Both the position numbers and the translations under genes were made by a program. From assembly GCF_009834535.1 (NCBI RefSeq), contig NC_045696.1, positions 46,936,001-47,000,000 on the forward strand: a stretch of 64,000 nucleotides of DNA, read 5' to 3'. The notes under the pieces were generated by a model. The model was given only the letters and a program-made list of their open reading frames with translations. It was not told the origin of the DNA and ran no database searches. Shown piece by piece: positions 49,962 through 62,992 of the stretch. The stretch is from Camelus ferus (lineage: Eukaryota). How positions within the stretch are numbered: the stretch's first letter is position 1; each line of letters starts with the position of its first letter.

Positions 49962-52599
49962 CGTCGCCCGTCCCCCTCCTTCTGGGGAGGGGGTGGCTAG
50001 GAGATAGCCCCGCCCACTAGGGCGTGGCCTCTGCATCGCGGGGCGGGCCGTGCAGCCTCCCGCTCCCTTTTAAAAGGCGTGGCGGGAACAGGCCAAGGAC
50101 TTTCTGCAGGCTTTCTGGGTGGTCGTTAGAAGTGTTGAGGAATTTGGGACGGTGGTTACCACGGGCCCCGAGCCGGCGTCTGAGTCAGCTGGTAGCCGTT
50201 TAAAAGCTTAAAGAGAGAAAGACGCGCAGTGTTGAAGGCTACGCTACCCCACTGGTATCTTTTTTATTTTCTTCTCAAAATTGAAAGTTTTCACAATTGT
50301 AAAGATAGTCGATATCGTAGGTTTGTCTTTACCTCAGAAACTTTCCAGTGAGAGTTTTCTTATTTTTCTTAATCTTTCTCTCACTGAGGAATGCTGTATT
50401 TGATTTAACAGTATATTGTAACATTTGGAGTGTTAATAATTCCCGCTGTTGCTCCAGGGCTAGGAAAGGAGTTGTTGGTTGGGGGTGGGTGGGGCGGGAG
50501 AAGAGCAGAGGATGAGCAGAAAGGAGGCATGGGGTAGAATTTGTTCTGCCTCAGAAATAAGGATCCTAAAGTCACACCCTGTTGCTTAATCTGTTTCAAG
50601 CCCCTTATGTGCAGTATAAAGTTTTGGGGTTCCTTGTTAAAAATCAACAAAGTAATGGAGATAATCTTGAAAGAGATTTCCCTGTGCCATGGCTCTAAGT
50701 ATGGCTAAAGACAGTGTCACTACTGCATTCTGCAGCTATTGAGCTGGAAAATACAAGAAAGGGAGCGTAATTGACAACAACTTCACAGTTTTCACAAAAG
50801 GCTTGTGTATCAAGCGGGTTTCTTATCAGCTACATAGAAAATGAAGTAAGTGGTAGCAGCTGGAGGTTTCCTGGGAGAAGAAAATTTGTGGCAAGAGGTT
50901 GAACATGGGTTTGTATTTGTGATTTTTGATCGATCACAGATGTCCTGTATCTGCTACTAGAGAACATAGAAGAAGCCCATTTTTTTTGACGTAGCAGAAG
51001 TTTGAAATTTATCTGCAATATTTTTGTTAGAAAAATGGGCAGAGGAACACTTTCCAGTTTAATATTAGTCTAGACCTAACCTGTTTCTGATATCAATAAA
51101 GGGTCAAAGAGACAAATCAGAAGGGAAAATATCTTTTCCAATTTATCAAAGAAGTACATAAAATAACTGATTTATGTAGAAAATAACCCAAAGGCGAAGG
51201 CCACTGAGAATTGTTTTTTAAATAACATTGTTTGCCTACTATAAGTCATCAACAGCTGCTTTTAGTAAAAGTGACTGGGAAAATTGACCCTACCCCACTG
51301 CCAAATTGTTTTTCTTTGCCTCCTTAGAACCGTTTCTTCCCCATACATCCCAACTGCAGCCACCGCACATGTGGGGGAGGGATATTGTATGTCTGTGTAA
51401 CTTTCAGAGTACAAGGTAGATACCTAGCTTTTTAGGATTGGAAGAAAAATGGAAGCTCAGATATATGCTTTATGGTCCTTGATTAATCAACAAGCAACCT
51501 GTGGCTTTTTAAATGACTGTCAGAAAGGTGTCAGACTTTCCAAGTATATTGATAACAATCAGGGAGATGTTCACTTGAAGATATTCTGACATTCTCAGAA
51601 AGTTATATGTAGCACTCAGGATGAAATAGTCAAACATTGTTTTTTGGCTGATGAGAAACCCTCCAACAACATGTGTATTTTGATTGGGGAAAAAAAAAAC
51701 AACAGCTCTCCCAGAGCCTAGCCATTTCCTTCCCAGGTACAATACTAGTGTAGCCCGACTTGAAAACCACATGAAGAATTTTTTTTTCCCCTTAATTGTG
51801 AGAAGGAAAAAGATGAAAACAAAATGTCACCTAGTAACTGGCACAGAAAAAAATGAAAGAAATAAAGGAAAAGCTACTTGTTCAACACTGCATGTTTTTG
51901 CACAGAAAAAAGATGGGAAAAAAACACTGAAATGAAATTTCATTTTTAAAAGGCTTAGGGATTATTTCTGCTGAATCTTTATTTACCCACAATAATTTAT
52001 TTACCCACGATAGTTTAACGCTTCCAAAGGTCTTTTCCCTGATGGAAGTAGTTTACGACATGTGTATAAGGTTACACTCTAAAACCCTCTTCCAACTGTC
52101 TCAGTCACTTAGGGGCTTTGGGGTTCATTTGGGTTAGTATTTTTGCAGGACTAGCTCATTGGTTGACTCAGGAGTTAAATAAGAGCTTGAAGATAATGGA
52201 ATGTTGAGACATTTTTATACTTCCTTTTAAGAATCTTAAAGATTTATCCCTGGCTCTGTGTTGACCACTATTAATAGCCAGGCTTCTGACTTTGACTTTT
52301 ATCTCTTGCAGACTATCTGTGAAATGACAGGAGGTAATTTTTAACATCCCTAAGATATTTCTGAGAATGGGCTAATCTGAAAGCTGAACAGCATTCCAAT
52401 TAAAAGTGATTTAAGGTAAGTGGATTTCCCTGAAAGATGGTGAGTAAGGCTGCGGATGTAAAGGAGGTAGGTTCAAAAATGGAGGAAGGCTTTCCAGCTG
52501 CATTTCCAATATAAGAACAAGCCCTCCAAGAAGACTGGGCAGGCTTAAAGAATAAACAAAGCTGTTTTGTGGCTTAGTACCACTAATTTAGGATGTTAA

Positions 52600-53645
52600 A
52601 AACTTAGGAAACCACTAATTGAATACAACTTCCTTAACCTGATAGAAAGTATCTCCCACAAATTTAGAAAGAAAAAAGTGATGTTTAAATGTGAAGTATT
52701 AGAGGCAAGCCTCTTAAAGTCAATAACAAGGTGAAGATGTCTACTCTTCAAAACTGTGCTAGAGATCAGATCCAGTACAGTGAGACAAAAAATTGGGGGT
52801 AAGTATAGCAGAAGAAGAGACTGTTGCAGGTGTATGATTAAGTGAAAATCCAAAAGAATCCACAGACATCTCAGCAAGGTTGCCATATAGAAGATGCAAA
52901 CTAAAGAAAACTTACTTGAAAATGAAAAACAAACCATATATAGCACCCAGGAATAAGTCTATCATTATGATCACAGAAACATTGTTAAGCTTTACTGAAA
53001 GTCATGGAAAATTCAAATAGGGATGTAATAATCATGAATAAAAAAAAACCAATTATTTTTACCCAAAACATAAACTCAGTGTAGTTTCAACTAAAATTCC
53101 AAGAGCCCTGATATGAAAATTTATATAGGAGTAAATTTATGTAGGAGTAAATAAAGAAGGATGAGGAAGGGATCATATCAGATAGTAAATTTCCTAGGGA
53201 AAGTATAACTTAAAGCAGTGACATCACAGGAATAAATAGAAAATAGCCTGGAAACAGGTGAGAGTTTATATGGAAATTCAGTGTATAACAAAGTTGGTGT
53301 TACCAACCAGGGGAGACAGATGAACTATTCAATAAGTGCTGTTGAAGTCATGGGTTATCTGCATGGAAACAAAATTATACCTCTGAATTCCAGCACGTAA
53401 ATTCCAGATGGATTGAGGATATAAATGTGAAATATTTGTAGGATGGTTAGCAGGAAGCAAATCAGAGCATCTTTAATTTCAATGTAAGGAAGGATTTCTT
53501 GATGGAAATAAAGAACAAATTTTAAAGAAAAGAGAAACCCATCAGAATTTAAGAAATTAGATACAAAAGAGGACTCTGTAAACAGTGAAGAAAGAAGGTG
53601 ACTTGGGACCCGCTTAATGTCAATGTCCAGGATATGCAGATAATA
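52600..53645 (+). mobile_element. Highly degraded old L1 ORF2 fragment
   Basis: A-rich, with residual L1 blocks (TTCCTTAACCTGATA, TCTTCAAAACTGTGCTAGAG, ACTATTCAATAAGTGCTGTTG, ATTCCAGATGGATTGA). Confidence 0.7.
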
Positions 53646-53701
53646 GATCATTGCAAGGCCTCTGTGCCATGTTGCAGGATTTTAGATGTTTTCTCCTAGG
53701 T

Positions 53702-53915
53702 CAGGATTTTTCAGCCTTAGCACTATTGACATTTTAGGCTGGATAATCCTTTGTTGTTGGGGCTTCTCTGTGCATTGTAAGATTTTAACAGCATCCCTGG
53801 CCTCTACCCACTAGATGCCAGTAGCACCCACCTATAATTGTAAAAGCCAAAAATATCTCTAGACGTTGCCAACCAGCCCCTGGGTGACAAGATCACACCT
53901 GGTTGAGAACCACTG
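53702..53915 (+). mobile_element. MER20 hAT MITE
   Basis: GCACTATTGACATTTT..GCAGCATCCCTGGCCTCTACCCACTAGATGCCAGTAGCACC-like core and the end GGTTGAGAACCACTG. Confidence 0.92.
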
Positions 53916-55489
53916 CTGTAGATGCATAGGTTGAAATAGCAAATGCCGTTATAAGGACCAGGAATGTAAAGGTAAATGAGTGACTGAGTGATGTGTGTAC
54001 CTGGTGTGGGGAGGGACTATGGTGAACTAGAAAACTCACACACCATCTCAAGGAAGTGACTTTTTTGTCATGCAGGATTTCAGCTCAGTTTTGCTATGTT
54101 GTATGATTTTGCAAGGATCTGAACTTGGATTTGTATGTCAATGTGAGATCCTAATGACTTTGAGGATGACCTTTCTACACAGAATGTTATTTCAGGGGCT
54201 CCTTTAGTTGCTAAATATATTTGATTTATTAATGAACTGAAGGTCAAAATTGAGGAGCCTTATTCTTTTGATATTCAAATTTTATTCAATTTGTAAATGT
54301 AGTAAATTTGTTACAGTCATGTTTAAGGAGGGGATTTACAACTTAAATTCCTATAGAAGTTTTAGGCTGTTCCTAAACTTATTATATTATTTTAATATTG
54401 TCTGACAGATTATTCCAGATACTATAAAATCTCCTGAATCTAAAAAGTAAAAAGTGGGAGAGGAGGGAAATAAATTCTATTCAATATTCCAATACTGTTT
54501 GTAAAGATAGATTTCAAGGTAAAACCAAAAGTCTAAATCAGTTATTCAACTGTATATTGTAAACTGGAATCACAAGTCAATCTGTTTCTTTAATAGGCTA
54601 AATTTTCAAACGTTAAATACTTAGTATCAAGTAGGCACACACTATTCTGTAACAAAATTATTACTACTGTAGGTTTAACTTTATCATTACTTAGTGTTGC
54701 AGTTTTCCAGGATTAATATATACTCACCCACCTGGAAACCAGTCATCATCCTCTGAACCTGTGAAATTTCCTATCCAGTGTACCAAGAGATCCTGGGCCA
54801 GAGGTCCAAGAGATTCTTGCCCAAAACACCAGTAGGACACGCTAAGTCCTAACTTGCTGTAACAAACACCCTAACTTAGAAAGGGAAGTGAGTGGTTTTG
54901 TAACCCATTCCCCTGGATTTACTTTGTTTTCTAGTTCTTCTGTACTAATGGAAGTCTTCTAGCTCCCCCAAGGTGGTAGTTAAGTACTTGAGCTAACTTT
55001 GGCTCTCAGGGTAGGTAAATGCCATCCAATTATATTGTACATATTTTAAGGCTTGGCTTTGCTCCACAGTCTCATTTTCTTAGGGAAGAAACAAAGTATG
55101 TATGTGATCTGAGTTCAGTTTACTGCCTCTGCGTAATGGGGATGATTGTTGAAGGCTTTTAAGTAGAGTCGTGTGTGTTGTGGGAAGTGGTGTGAAAGAT
55201 GATTAAATTTGCATCTTAGAGTGTTCTGGCAATATTGAAGAGAAGGACTATAGGAAGCTGAAAATTGATTGAAATGGCAATATTAACAGTCAGTTGAGAG
55301 ATGTCCTGAACTGGGATGAGGAGCAATTAGAATAGTGAAAAAATGATTTTTAGGTATCAGGTGGGATATTCAATAGAACATAGTGGATTCAACAGAACAG
55401 GTACCATGATATGTTCTCTGGGGCACAAATGGCACCACAAAATGCCCCACTTTGGGGCAGGAAAACCGACCTTTATACCCCTTTCTCCC

Positions 55490-55674
55490 TGGGTCATTGG
55501 CTGTGGGCTGTCCCAGACATCGCTGGGTGAGGTGGCTTCTATTGGCCAAGGGTAATTTTCTGGAGAAAGATGGAGCTGTGAACACTGAGCAGCCAATACT
55601 CATAGCAGCTGGTGAATGTGGACATCAGCCTGGGTGAAAAGGGATCTGGGCAGGCACTGGCAGCTTTTACTACA
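55490..55674 (-). mobile_element. ERVL LTR16-like fragment
   Basis: GTCATTGGCTGTGGGCTG..CTGGGTGAGGTGGCT..AAGGGATCTGGGCAGGCAC. Confidence 0.6.
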
Positions 55675-58341
55675 ATAAGTGACATTAAAATGCAACACTT
55701 CCAAATTTCTTATGTGGGATGTGTACTGAAGTAGTGAAGATGGTCTTAAACCAAGATTTTTTTAGGTCTGATGAAGATTGATTAGCTATAGTATACACTA
55801 TCAGATGGGAAAATAGATAAGTAACTGCAAATATTGAAACATTCAGTCTAGTTTCTTGATAAGAGTTCTATTTCATCATATATATTAGTAACACTTAATT
55901 TGATACATATTGGGTACTAACAAGAAAGATTGATCCAATTTGTCAGAGTTTTGAAGATTAAGTAGAAATAGGTTTATTCTCTGAAATCTAGATTGAGAAG
56001 ACTCAATTTATTTTACAGCCTGGGGCAGCATTTTTCCAAGGAAAAATTAAATTCAAGACAGAGAGTAAATTACAAACGTCATAAGAATCTTTCCTAATGG
56101 GAGTCCCTACAGCCTAGTAAAACCAAATTTTCTACATTTTACACTTTCATGGTACAACTCTGCATCTCAGTGCACAATACACCAGGCTTTCTGACAGCCT
56201 GGTTTTCAAATGGTTATTGGCACCTTGTCTTGAGTTTTGGAACCCATTGCTCAAACCATTACATGGTCATAAAACATTATATCCAAACACCTTATTTTTA
56301 TTCCTGGCTATTTAGCAGAGGTAATTTCCTACTCCAAACCTTCATATTTTGCTTCATGAATAGAACAAGTAATCCATTCTGTCTTTGCATCTAGTGAGAT
56401 TGTGACAATGAGAGAACTTTTTTCCTTCCTTTCTGAAGGTGTGAATGTGAAACCCCAAACTAATAGACCCAGAGATCAGTGTTTTGCTTTTGACAGCCAC
56501 AGAGTATTTTCTAGATTTTTTTTGCACAGCAGATACTTTAGTACATGTAATGTGTTAGGCACTATTCTCGGGCATGGTGGTACAAAGACTGATGAGCCTG
56601 GTCTCTGTGCTCAAATAGCTCATACTCCATTGTGGGATACAAGTGAGAATTGGCAAGTGCAACCTAGGGTACAGAGAAGTACAGTGTATTTTGGTAGAAG
56701 GCTCTCCAGACTTCTTTAATCCTACTCCTCCACAAGCCAGAGTCAGTTGTGCCTCCTCTGGATGATTTCTCTCTCTGGAGTCCCATTTGTCTCTGAGGCT
56801 GTGAAGGGTTGGGAAGAATTATGAGAAATTAGTAAGATTAATTAATATGATTGAGATAGTTTCTCACATGGAGAGCCAAACTTCAGAGCAAAGGTGATGG
56901 CTCCTCTCCTTTGTGTCTATTTTGGGGGTTGGTGCCCTTTAGCCTTTTGCTTAAGGGTGCAGGGGGGCATGAGCTGACTCTCTTTATTTCGGAACTTTAG
57001 CAAGGGGTCCGCCATATACAGTCAGATATTTCCAGAATCTGGAGAAGAGCATGCGCTTGTGGCCCATTCACCAAGAATTCAAATTGAAATGTGTTTAAGT
57101 GCCTTCTAAAGAACTCATCCCAATATAGCCCTGAATCAAGAGCATAAGCCAAAAACTCTTTTTATGACTTTCTAACAACTTATTTTCAAATAAGTCTTTG
57201 TGCTTGACCTGCACGCCAAAAATACATTTTAAAAAGTTGTGGCTACAGGGTTCAGAGGAATGCTCATAAACTCGGTATGAAACTTTTCTTCCTTCTCCCC
57301 AGTACCCCAAAGCAGAGAATGGATTTGTCATAGTAACTTTCTGAGGAAGAATAGACAATTGAGAACCTGTAGACTGTGTGGTTGCCTAAGCCTCCAGAAA
57401 GAAAGGGAGATGGTCCCCACAGCTCCGCCATCGAGCAGGAATTGATGGTTCCCCTTCATACCGTAGAGCTGTGAGAGAATGGCTAGCTGTCTACCAGCCC
57501 GTTCCCTGTTCCTGTGAAATGTTTATACTTATTTGGTCTATTTCCAGATTTCAGACTTTGAACAGACTTCTCTTTGCTTATCCTCATGCCTGTGAAAAAA
57601 ACTTGTTCTTGTTTTTGTTTTTGTTTTTGAAGCTTTAAAACAAGATTTACTCTCAGGTAGGGCATCCCCCTCCTCTAATTCTCTCAGCTGTCTTGATTAT
57701 GATAGAGCCTTCTTCCAGATGAACTCCAAATTTATTTAATTTTAAAATGTGTACTCTCACAGTATTTTTGTAATATTGAGTTTATCATCCAGGAATACAG
57801 CATATACTCTATTTGAATCTCTTAGTGGGTTAAAAAGTTCTGTGGAAAACTTCTGTTTTCAATTTTTAAATTGACAGCTAATTTTAAAACAGAAATTCTT
57901 GCTGTTCTCCTTATGCTGTTCAGTTAGCACTGTTGAGTATGGAAACTCCATATTTTACTTTCTGAAGGCAAGGACAGACTGTTACATGGCAAAAGATCTG
58001 AATCTCCTCAGCCTCTTGCAGGAAGAATAATACTTCTGAAATGGGAGGCCAGAGCTTTTATGAGTAAAAATGCCCCAGAGGATCTTGCTCTTTCAAAGGA
58101 AACACCGAGTCCTTTCATAAAATAAAAAGAAAAAGTCTTTATTCTTGCTTGGAATACAATGACAGCTTCCTTATATTTTCCCCTGCATGTCTGGTCCGCT
58201 CGCACGCTTTTGTCTGCATTGCTCCCAGAGTAATCTTTCTAAAATGCAAATATGGACACATCATTGTCCTGCCTGGCATCCTTACATGATGCCCCGCTTT
58301 AGGACAAATCTGTACTTCTTAGCCCGCTACACAAGCCTCCA

Positions 58342-58465
58342 GGGACATATCTGGGCTTTGTGGGGCCTAAAGCTTATGCAGTTTAGGAGCAGGGATCCTT
58401 TTTAATAAAAATAAATATAAAATTTTGAATTCAGAATGAGCTACAGGGTCTTAGATAATTAAAGG
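58342..58465. mobile_element. MER53-like hAT fragment
   Basis: ATATCTGGGCTTTGTGGGGCCTAAAGCTTATGCAGTTT resembles the MER53 terminus. Confidence 0.6.
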
Positions 58466-58604
58466 GGTGATGTTCTTTGGGACATACATTTTACTAATTT
58501 CCTGGGTGTCTGCCTCTACAAAGGGAATTGTTTCATCATCTCAAATGAGTAAAGGTTACCAAGTCAATAAATAATGGCTAAGAAAAAGTATCCAATAAAT
58601 TAAA

Positions 58605-59107
58605 GTTGAAAAAAATTTTTTCCTCTACCCTTCTAGATTCTTTGATTGAGACCCTGCAAATTAGACTGAAAAAGATAGACTAACAAGAGAAAAATAAACA
58701 GTTTATTAACTTGTGCAGTGAAGGTACATGCAGGATAAACTCAGTGATGAATAAATCAATGGGGTGGTTAGAACTTGGGCTTGTGCAGTATTTTAATGAA
58801 GAACAGTAAATGTGTAGAGAAGAGACAGGACAAAGGAAAAGGGCTTTAAGCTTCCAAGGTATATACATGGGGGGAACCAGTGGAAGATAAAGGTTGTTTG
58901 GATAAGGCATGTTACGGTAGATTAGTCAGTGCTGTCTCTGGGCTGGTGAGTCTCCAGTGATTCAAGAGTCTAAGTTTGGTTTTAGGAAAATGTCAAGGAT
59001 GGCAAAGAGCTTTTTTTGGCACCTGCTATTTTTCAACTGTCCTCAGCTCAAGAGAATTCTTATGCCAAAGTGGCATATTTTGGTGTGTTGTGTTCCAATC
59101 CCCTACA
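58605..59107 (-). mobile_element. ERV1-class LTR (MER34-like)
   Basis: Reverse polyA signal TTTATT in AAACAGTTTATTAAC; ends GGCATATTTTGGTGTG..ATCCCCTACA. Confidence 0.7.
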
Positions 59108-59849
59108 GCTGAGATATCACTGAATAGAACTCAAGACCCAGTGGCTGAATGTGGCCAGGATGATTCTTCTAATATGAGACAGATATTTCAAGCCCTTTTA
59201 ATAGTCACCACAATGAGGAGACTGTTAAGTGCATAGTTATCATAGTAGGTTATTTTAAATTGGTTCAAGTGTGACCCTAAAATTGCTAAATTAAACAAAG
59301 TTAAATTACTTCCCTGTGATTTGAGATTGCAACTCTCTACCTGGTAGTAATTGACTTTCTTCATTAATCCTTAACCACCTAGTTGAAATATTTAACAGTC
59401 TTCTTGTCTGGCTGAGCTACCAATTTTTCATTGGTGACCTAAATAATATTGTAATGATATTTTAATAATGGCTGATGGGACTCTTTATCTCTTCTGCCTT
59501 TGTCTGGCTTTGTAGTCAGTGCCACCGAGGTCATGCTAATGACACCTCTGATGAACTCTTACTCGCACCAGTTGATGGTTCTGGCTTCTTCTCAGCTGGG
59601 ACTGGAGAGGGCGGAGTGATGAGAACTGTTGCACACACTCTCATTGTTTCTTACCCCATGTGACCATCCTCTCCTCACTCTGTAAATTCAGTTCATCCCC
59701 TCTGTTTCCTCTAGAGCCTCCTTTTAAAGATGGCAATGATTTCTTATTCTTTAGGTGACTTTTCTCTAAAGCACTTCTGTTAGAGTCTTCCAAGAATCAG
59801 AGATTGAAATGTGATTAGACATGCAATCTCATTTATAGGCTGTATGCCT

Positions 59850-62610
59850 AGGATGGAACATGGGAAGGGAGCTGGCAAAGACTGGGTCAGCAGTAAGGTC
59901 TTGGTACAGGACTGGCCCCAAGTGAAGAATAAAGGGAAGAAAATTTGGGTAGAAGTGTTCACTTTTCACCACCAGTCAGTCTAAGGGCCTCAGTCGGAGC
60001 TGGCAGCCTTTTGTATCACCCTGTGTATGGGTGGAGTGAATATTCCCAGATTTGGAATATGTTGCCTCTGAAAGCTGAAGAGACCTGTGTGTTTTGTGTC
60101 CTTCTTTGTGTGAGGAATGCAGGATACAGTGATTTGTCTTTTACTTTGGAGCAAGTCCCAACATGCCTCTGATCACTGGGTTCTCAAAACTTCTCTGAGG
60201 GGACTTGCACCTGAATCTGCTCTCTCACCCTCTAGAGTACGTGCATCTTACCCAGGCCTCCATCATGCTAGCCAACTCTTGCTCAATCATTATTATATCA
60301 TGGATGTAATGGGTAGGTGTGATGTTCTGTGGGATGTCCTGAAGGTCTAGATCCCTTTGGATTAGTACAGAGGACAGGAGAGTTAACATAGCCCTGAGGG
60401 AAAATTTTAAATGAAGTGGTGTCCATCCATGTGAATGCAAACTTTCTAGTTCTCTTTCCTGATTGAGATTGAATAGAATACATTCACTAGGTTAATGGCT
60501 GTGTATTGTGTACCCGATGCCATATTAATTTGCTCTATCAGCCATACCATGCCTAGTATAGAAGCTACAATCTAGGATACACCTTGGTTGACATTGTGAC
60601 CATCTACAGACATTCTCCAGGAGCTGCCTGGCTTTTGAAGGGGCCAGAATGTCAAATTAAATGGAGATAGGGTATAGTCCACCATTCCTGCATCTTCAGA
60701 TATTTAATGCTGGTATTCACCTTTGCCACACCCCTCCATGGGATATGGTAGTGTTTTTGTTTTACTGTCTTGAGAGGCAGTTTCAGAGGTTTCCATTTGA
60801 CTGTCCCCACTGATAGGTCTTACTCCAGAGACCAGGACATAGTGTGGAGATTGCTCCAGCTGCCAAGTGTATCAACTCAAATCACACATACAGGCACTCT
60901 GTTGTCGTGGTACACACTTGGCCTTGGTGTGGCAGAGTCCTTCCTCCTAGAACCCCAGCCCCTTCTTTAGTCAAAGGGTTACAGACGTGAAAATCTGGTC
61001 TGGGAACTGAGCAAGTGATCATGGCTGTGCTGGGCAAGCACTTTCAGCATCCTGCTCCTCTGTTCTTTATTTGATTGTAATGTTAGCTGCCCCCCCCCCT
61101 TTTTTTTTTTGCCCCTAGAGACATCATGCTCTACTAACCGTCTCTACAATTCCCTGTGGGTCAAGCGGCCTCAGCTGCCCTGCCCTCTAGGTCTTGCCAG
61201 TCATTATGATAATTACAGCTTCCTGGCTCCTGACAGGCAAGTCCTGCCATCTGGCCTCGGTTACTTAAAGCCCCTTCATCTCCATGGATGTTAAGCAGCC
61301 CAGCTATGCAAGTGCTTCTCGCATTAACATCCCTGGCTGGTAGCAGAAGGCCACCTCAGACTTCAGTAGAGGTGCTGGGGCCCCTCTCATCAGTGCGTTC
61401 CTGGTGGTGTTGCTGAACGGTGTGCTCTCTGCACCCTCCTGTAGAACTCCATCTCTGGTGGGTCTTTGGCCTTAGGTACCCATCCCACATGCCCACTTTC
61501 CTCAGCAACTTAATTCCTTCATCTGCCTCCTGTTCGGGCAACTTTATTGAGAGTTAGCTAGGCTTCTAAGGAGCTGCCCTAGCTGTAAGTTTACCTATCC
61601 TGTTGGGTTATTAAATTCTGGGTCTGGATAAAGTGTCCCTAAGTCAACGAATTCTTGCTTATTCAGTTGTGTATTCTTCCTCACTGATCAAGCACTTTCA
61701 AAATCCACTTTCAGGAGTAATTTCCTGGCTCCTACTAGTATATCTCAGCTCATTCATATATATAATTGTTTATGTGCATAGTCTCTTTCTTCCCTTATAA
61801 GGCCCAGCAGCCCATCTCTAGCTGGGTTAAGCTAGGATTTCTTATTGGCCTGGCAGCCAGGAGAGATGGCAGGGGTAGCCTGTGTGGGTATCTTCTATTG
61901 CCTTGACAGGGTGAAAATTCTGCTGTGCTAGGAGATGCTACAGAGATGCTGGTTCTTACTGGGGAGGTGTGTGCTGCCTTTGCAACCCCAAGGGTCTGGA
62001 AGGTTGCAGAGTCGACATCCTCAGGACATCCACTCAGATGTCCCTATACTATTTCAGGGTTCTAGGTTTTCCCCACCAGGGCTCTGACTTTCACACAACT
62101 AACCTGCCTTGGCTGAGGATTAATATGTCTCTGGAGCTCCGGGACTTTTTCAAGTCTTCAGCATGCTGTTCAACTGTGTCGGCTCTTCTGGCAGAAGACA
62201 GGCCTATTTGTAAGCTACCACCCAGGCCCTCTGGCTCTGCTGTTTAGATGCTAACTAATGGTTTACAGCCCTCATCTTCCATAATCTCTGCAGAATGTCA
62301 ATGCAACTTAGCAGTAACCAGCCAACCCCTCTATCTTTGTAAGCATTGCTCCCCTCCAAATGTTTCAAATGCCAGTATCATCCCTACCTGTCACAGCATT
62401 CACCTCCACTGGAATATTTTCCAGAGAGCATTTACCAAGGCCATCAAGAATGCACTGGTGAGAGGTTACTGAAATCTAGCAATTCAGCTACTGTCTTCTG
62501 CCAGAAGCTGTGTGTATTCCACCTACAAAGCCAGACAGTGCCCTTCCTCTGCCTGGTGGTAGACGAGCTAGTACCACACCCCTGTCTTCCTGCATGCTTT
62601 TGCTCATACC
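59850..62610 (-). mobile_element. Decayed ERVL internal region (gag/pol relic)
   Basis: Minus-strand peptides in the correct RT order: KWKPLKLP (about 60800), QKPGSSWRMSVD (about 60635), GTQYTAINLVNVFYSI (about 60515), KFAFTW..FPQGYVNSP, RDLDLQDIPQNITPTHYIHDII. Many stops and frameshifts. Confidence 0.9.
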
Positions 62611-62616
62611 ACTAAT

Positions 62617-62983
62617 GTTTGTCTGTCTGGGTCCTGTAAAATCAGACACTGAGACTGGGTTAAACATAAAGGGATTTTACTACAGAAAATGCCCATGTGA
62701 TGAGGGAGATGGAAAAGTCTGCAAGAGCTGTCGGAACAAGGGCAAGTCTGACTGCCAGTGAGGAAGAGATGGAAAGTTGAAAGCATGTCATTACAGTCTT
62801 AGGAAGGCTCAGCAAGGCCGTCAAGGAATCCAGCCAAGATCACCTGTCAGAGAAGGCCTCCTGCAGAACTCAGTCATTGCCTGGAAGCAGCCCTTGGGTG
62901 CATTGCCTCTGTTCAGATAGTGGTTTTTCAGTTTGCAGCTGTTGAAGCCTCTGGTCAATTCTGTTCATTTGCATGGCCACCAC
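62617..62983 (-). mobile_element. ERVL LTR (probable 5' LTR of the adjacent provirus)
   Basis: Reverse LTR16-group end (CTGGGTCCTGTAAAATCAGACACTGAGACTGGGTT..), directly adjacent to and co-oriented with the internal region. Confidence 0.7.
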
Positions 62984-62992
62984 AGCTTAATC

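Larger units (their letters stand above)
49370..50235. promoter_or_regulatory. CpG-island promoter of IFT57
   Basis: Abrupt GC/CpG-rich segment spanning exon 1 and upstream. GC boxes at 50007-50015 (GCCCCGCCC), 50020-50028 (GGGCGTGGC) and 50040-50049; AP-1 site TGAGTCA at 50181-50187. Confidence 0.9.

Noticed and set aside
49407..50000. 197-aa plus-strand ORF, the longest in the track
   Set aside because: It is an antisense shadow of IFT57 exon 1 in a GC-rich island where stops are rare; it has a non-ATG start and Pro/Arg-rich sequence with no recognisable domain.
66..62786. Remaining 60-130 aa ORF-track entries
   Set aside because: They are random intronic/intergenic ORFs or repeat-derived, many with non-ATG starts, and I recognise no protein similarity.
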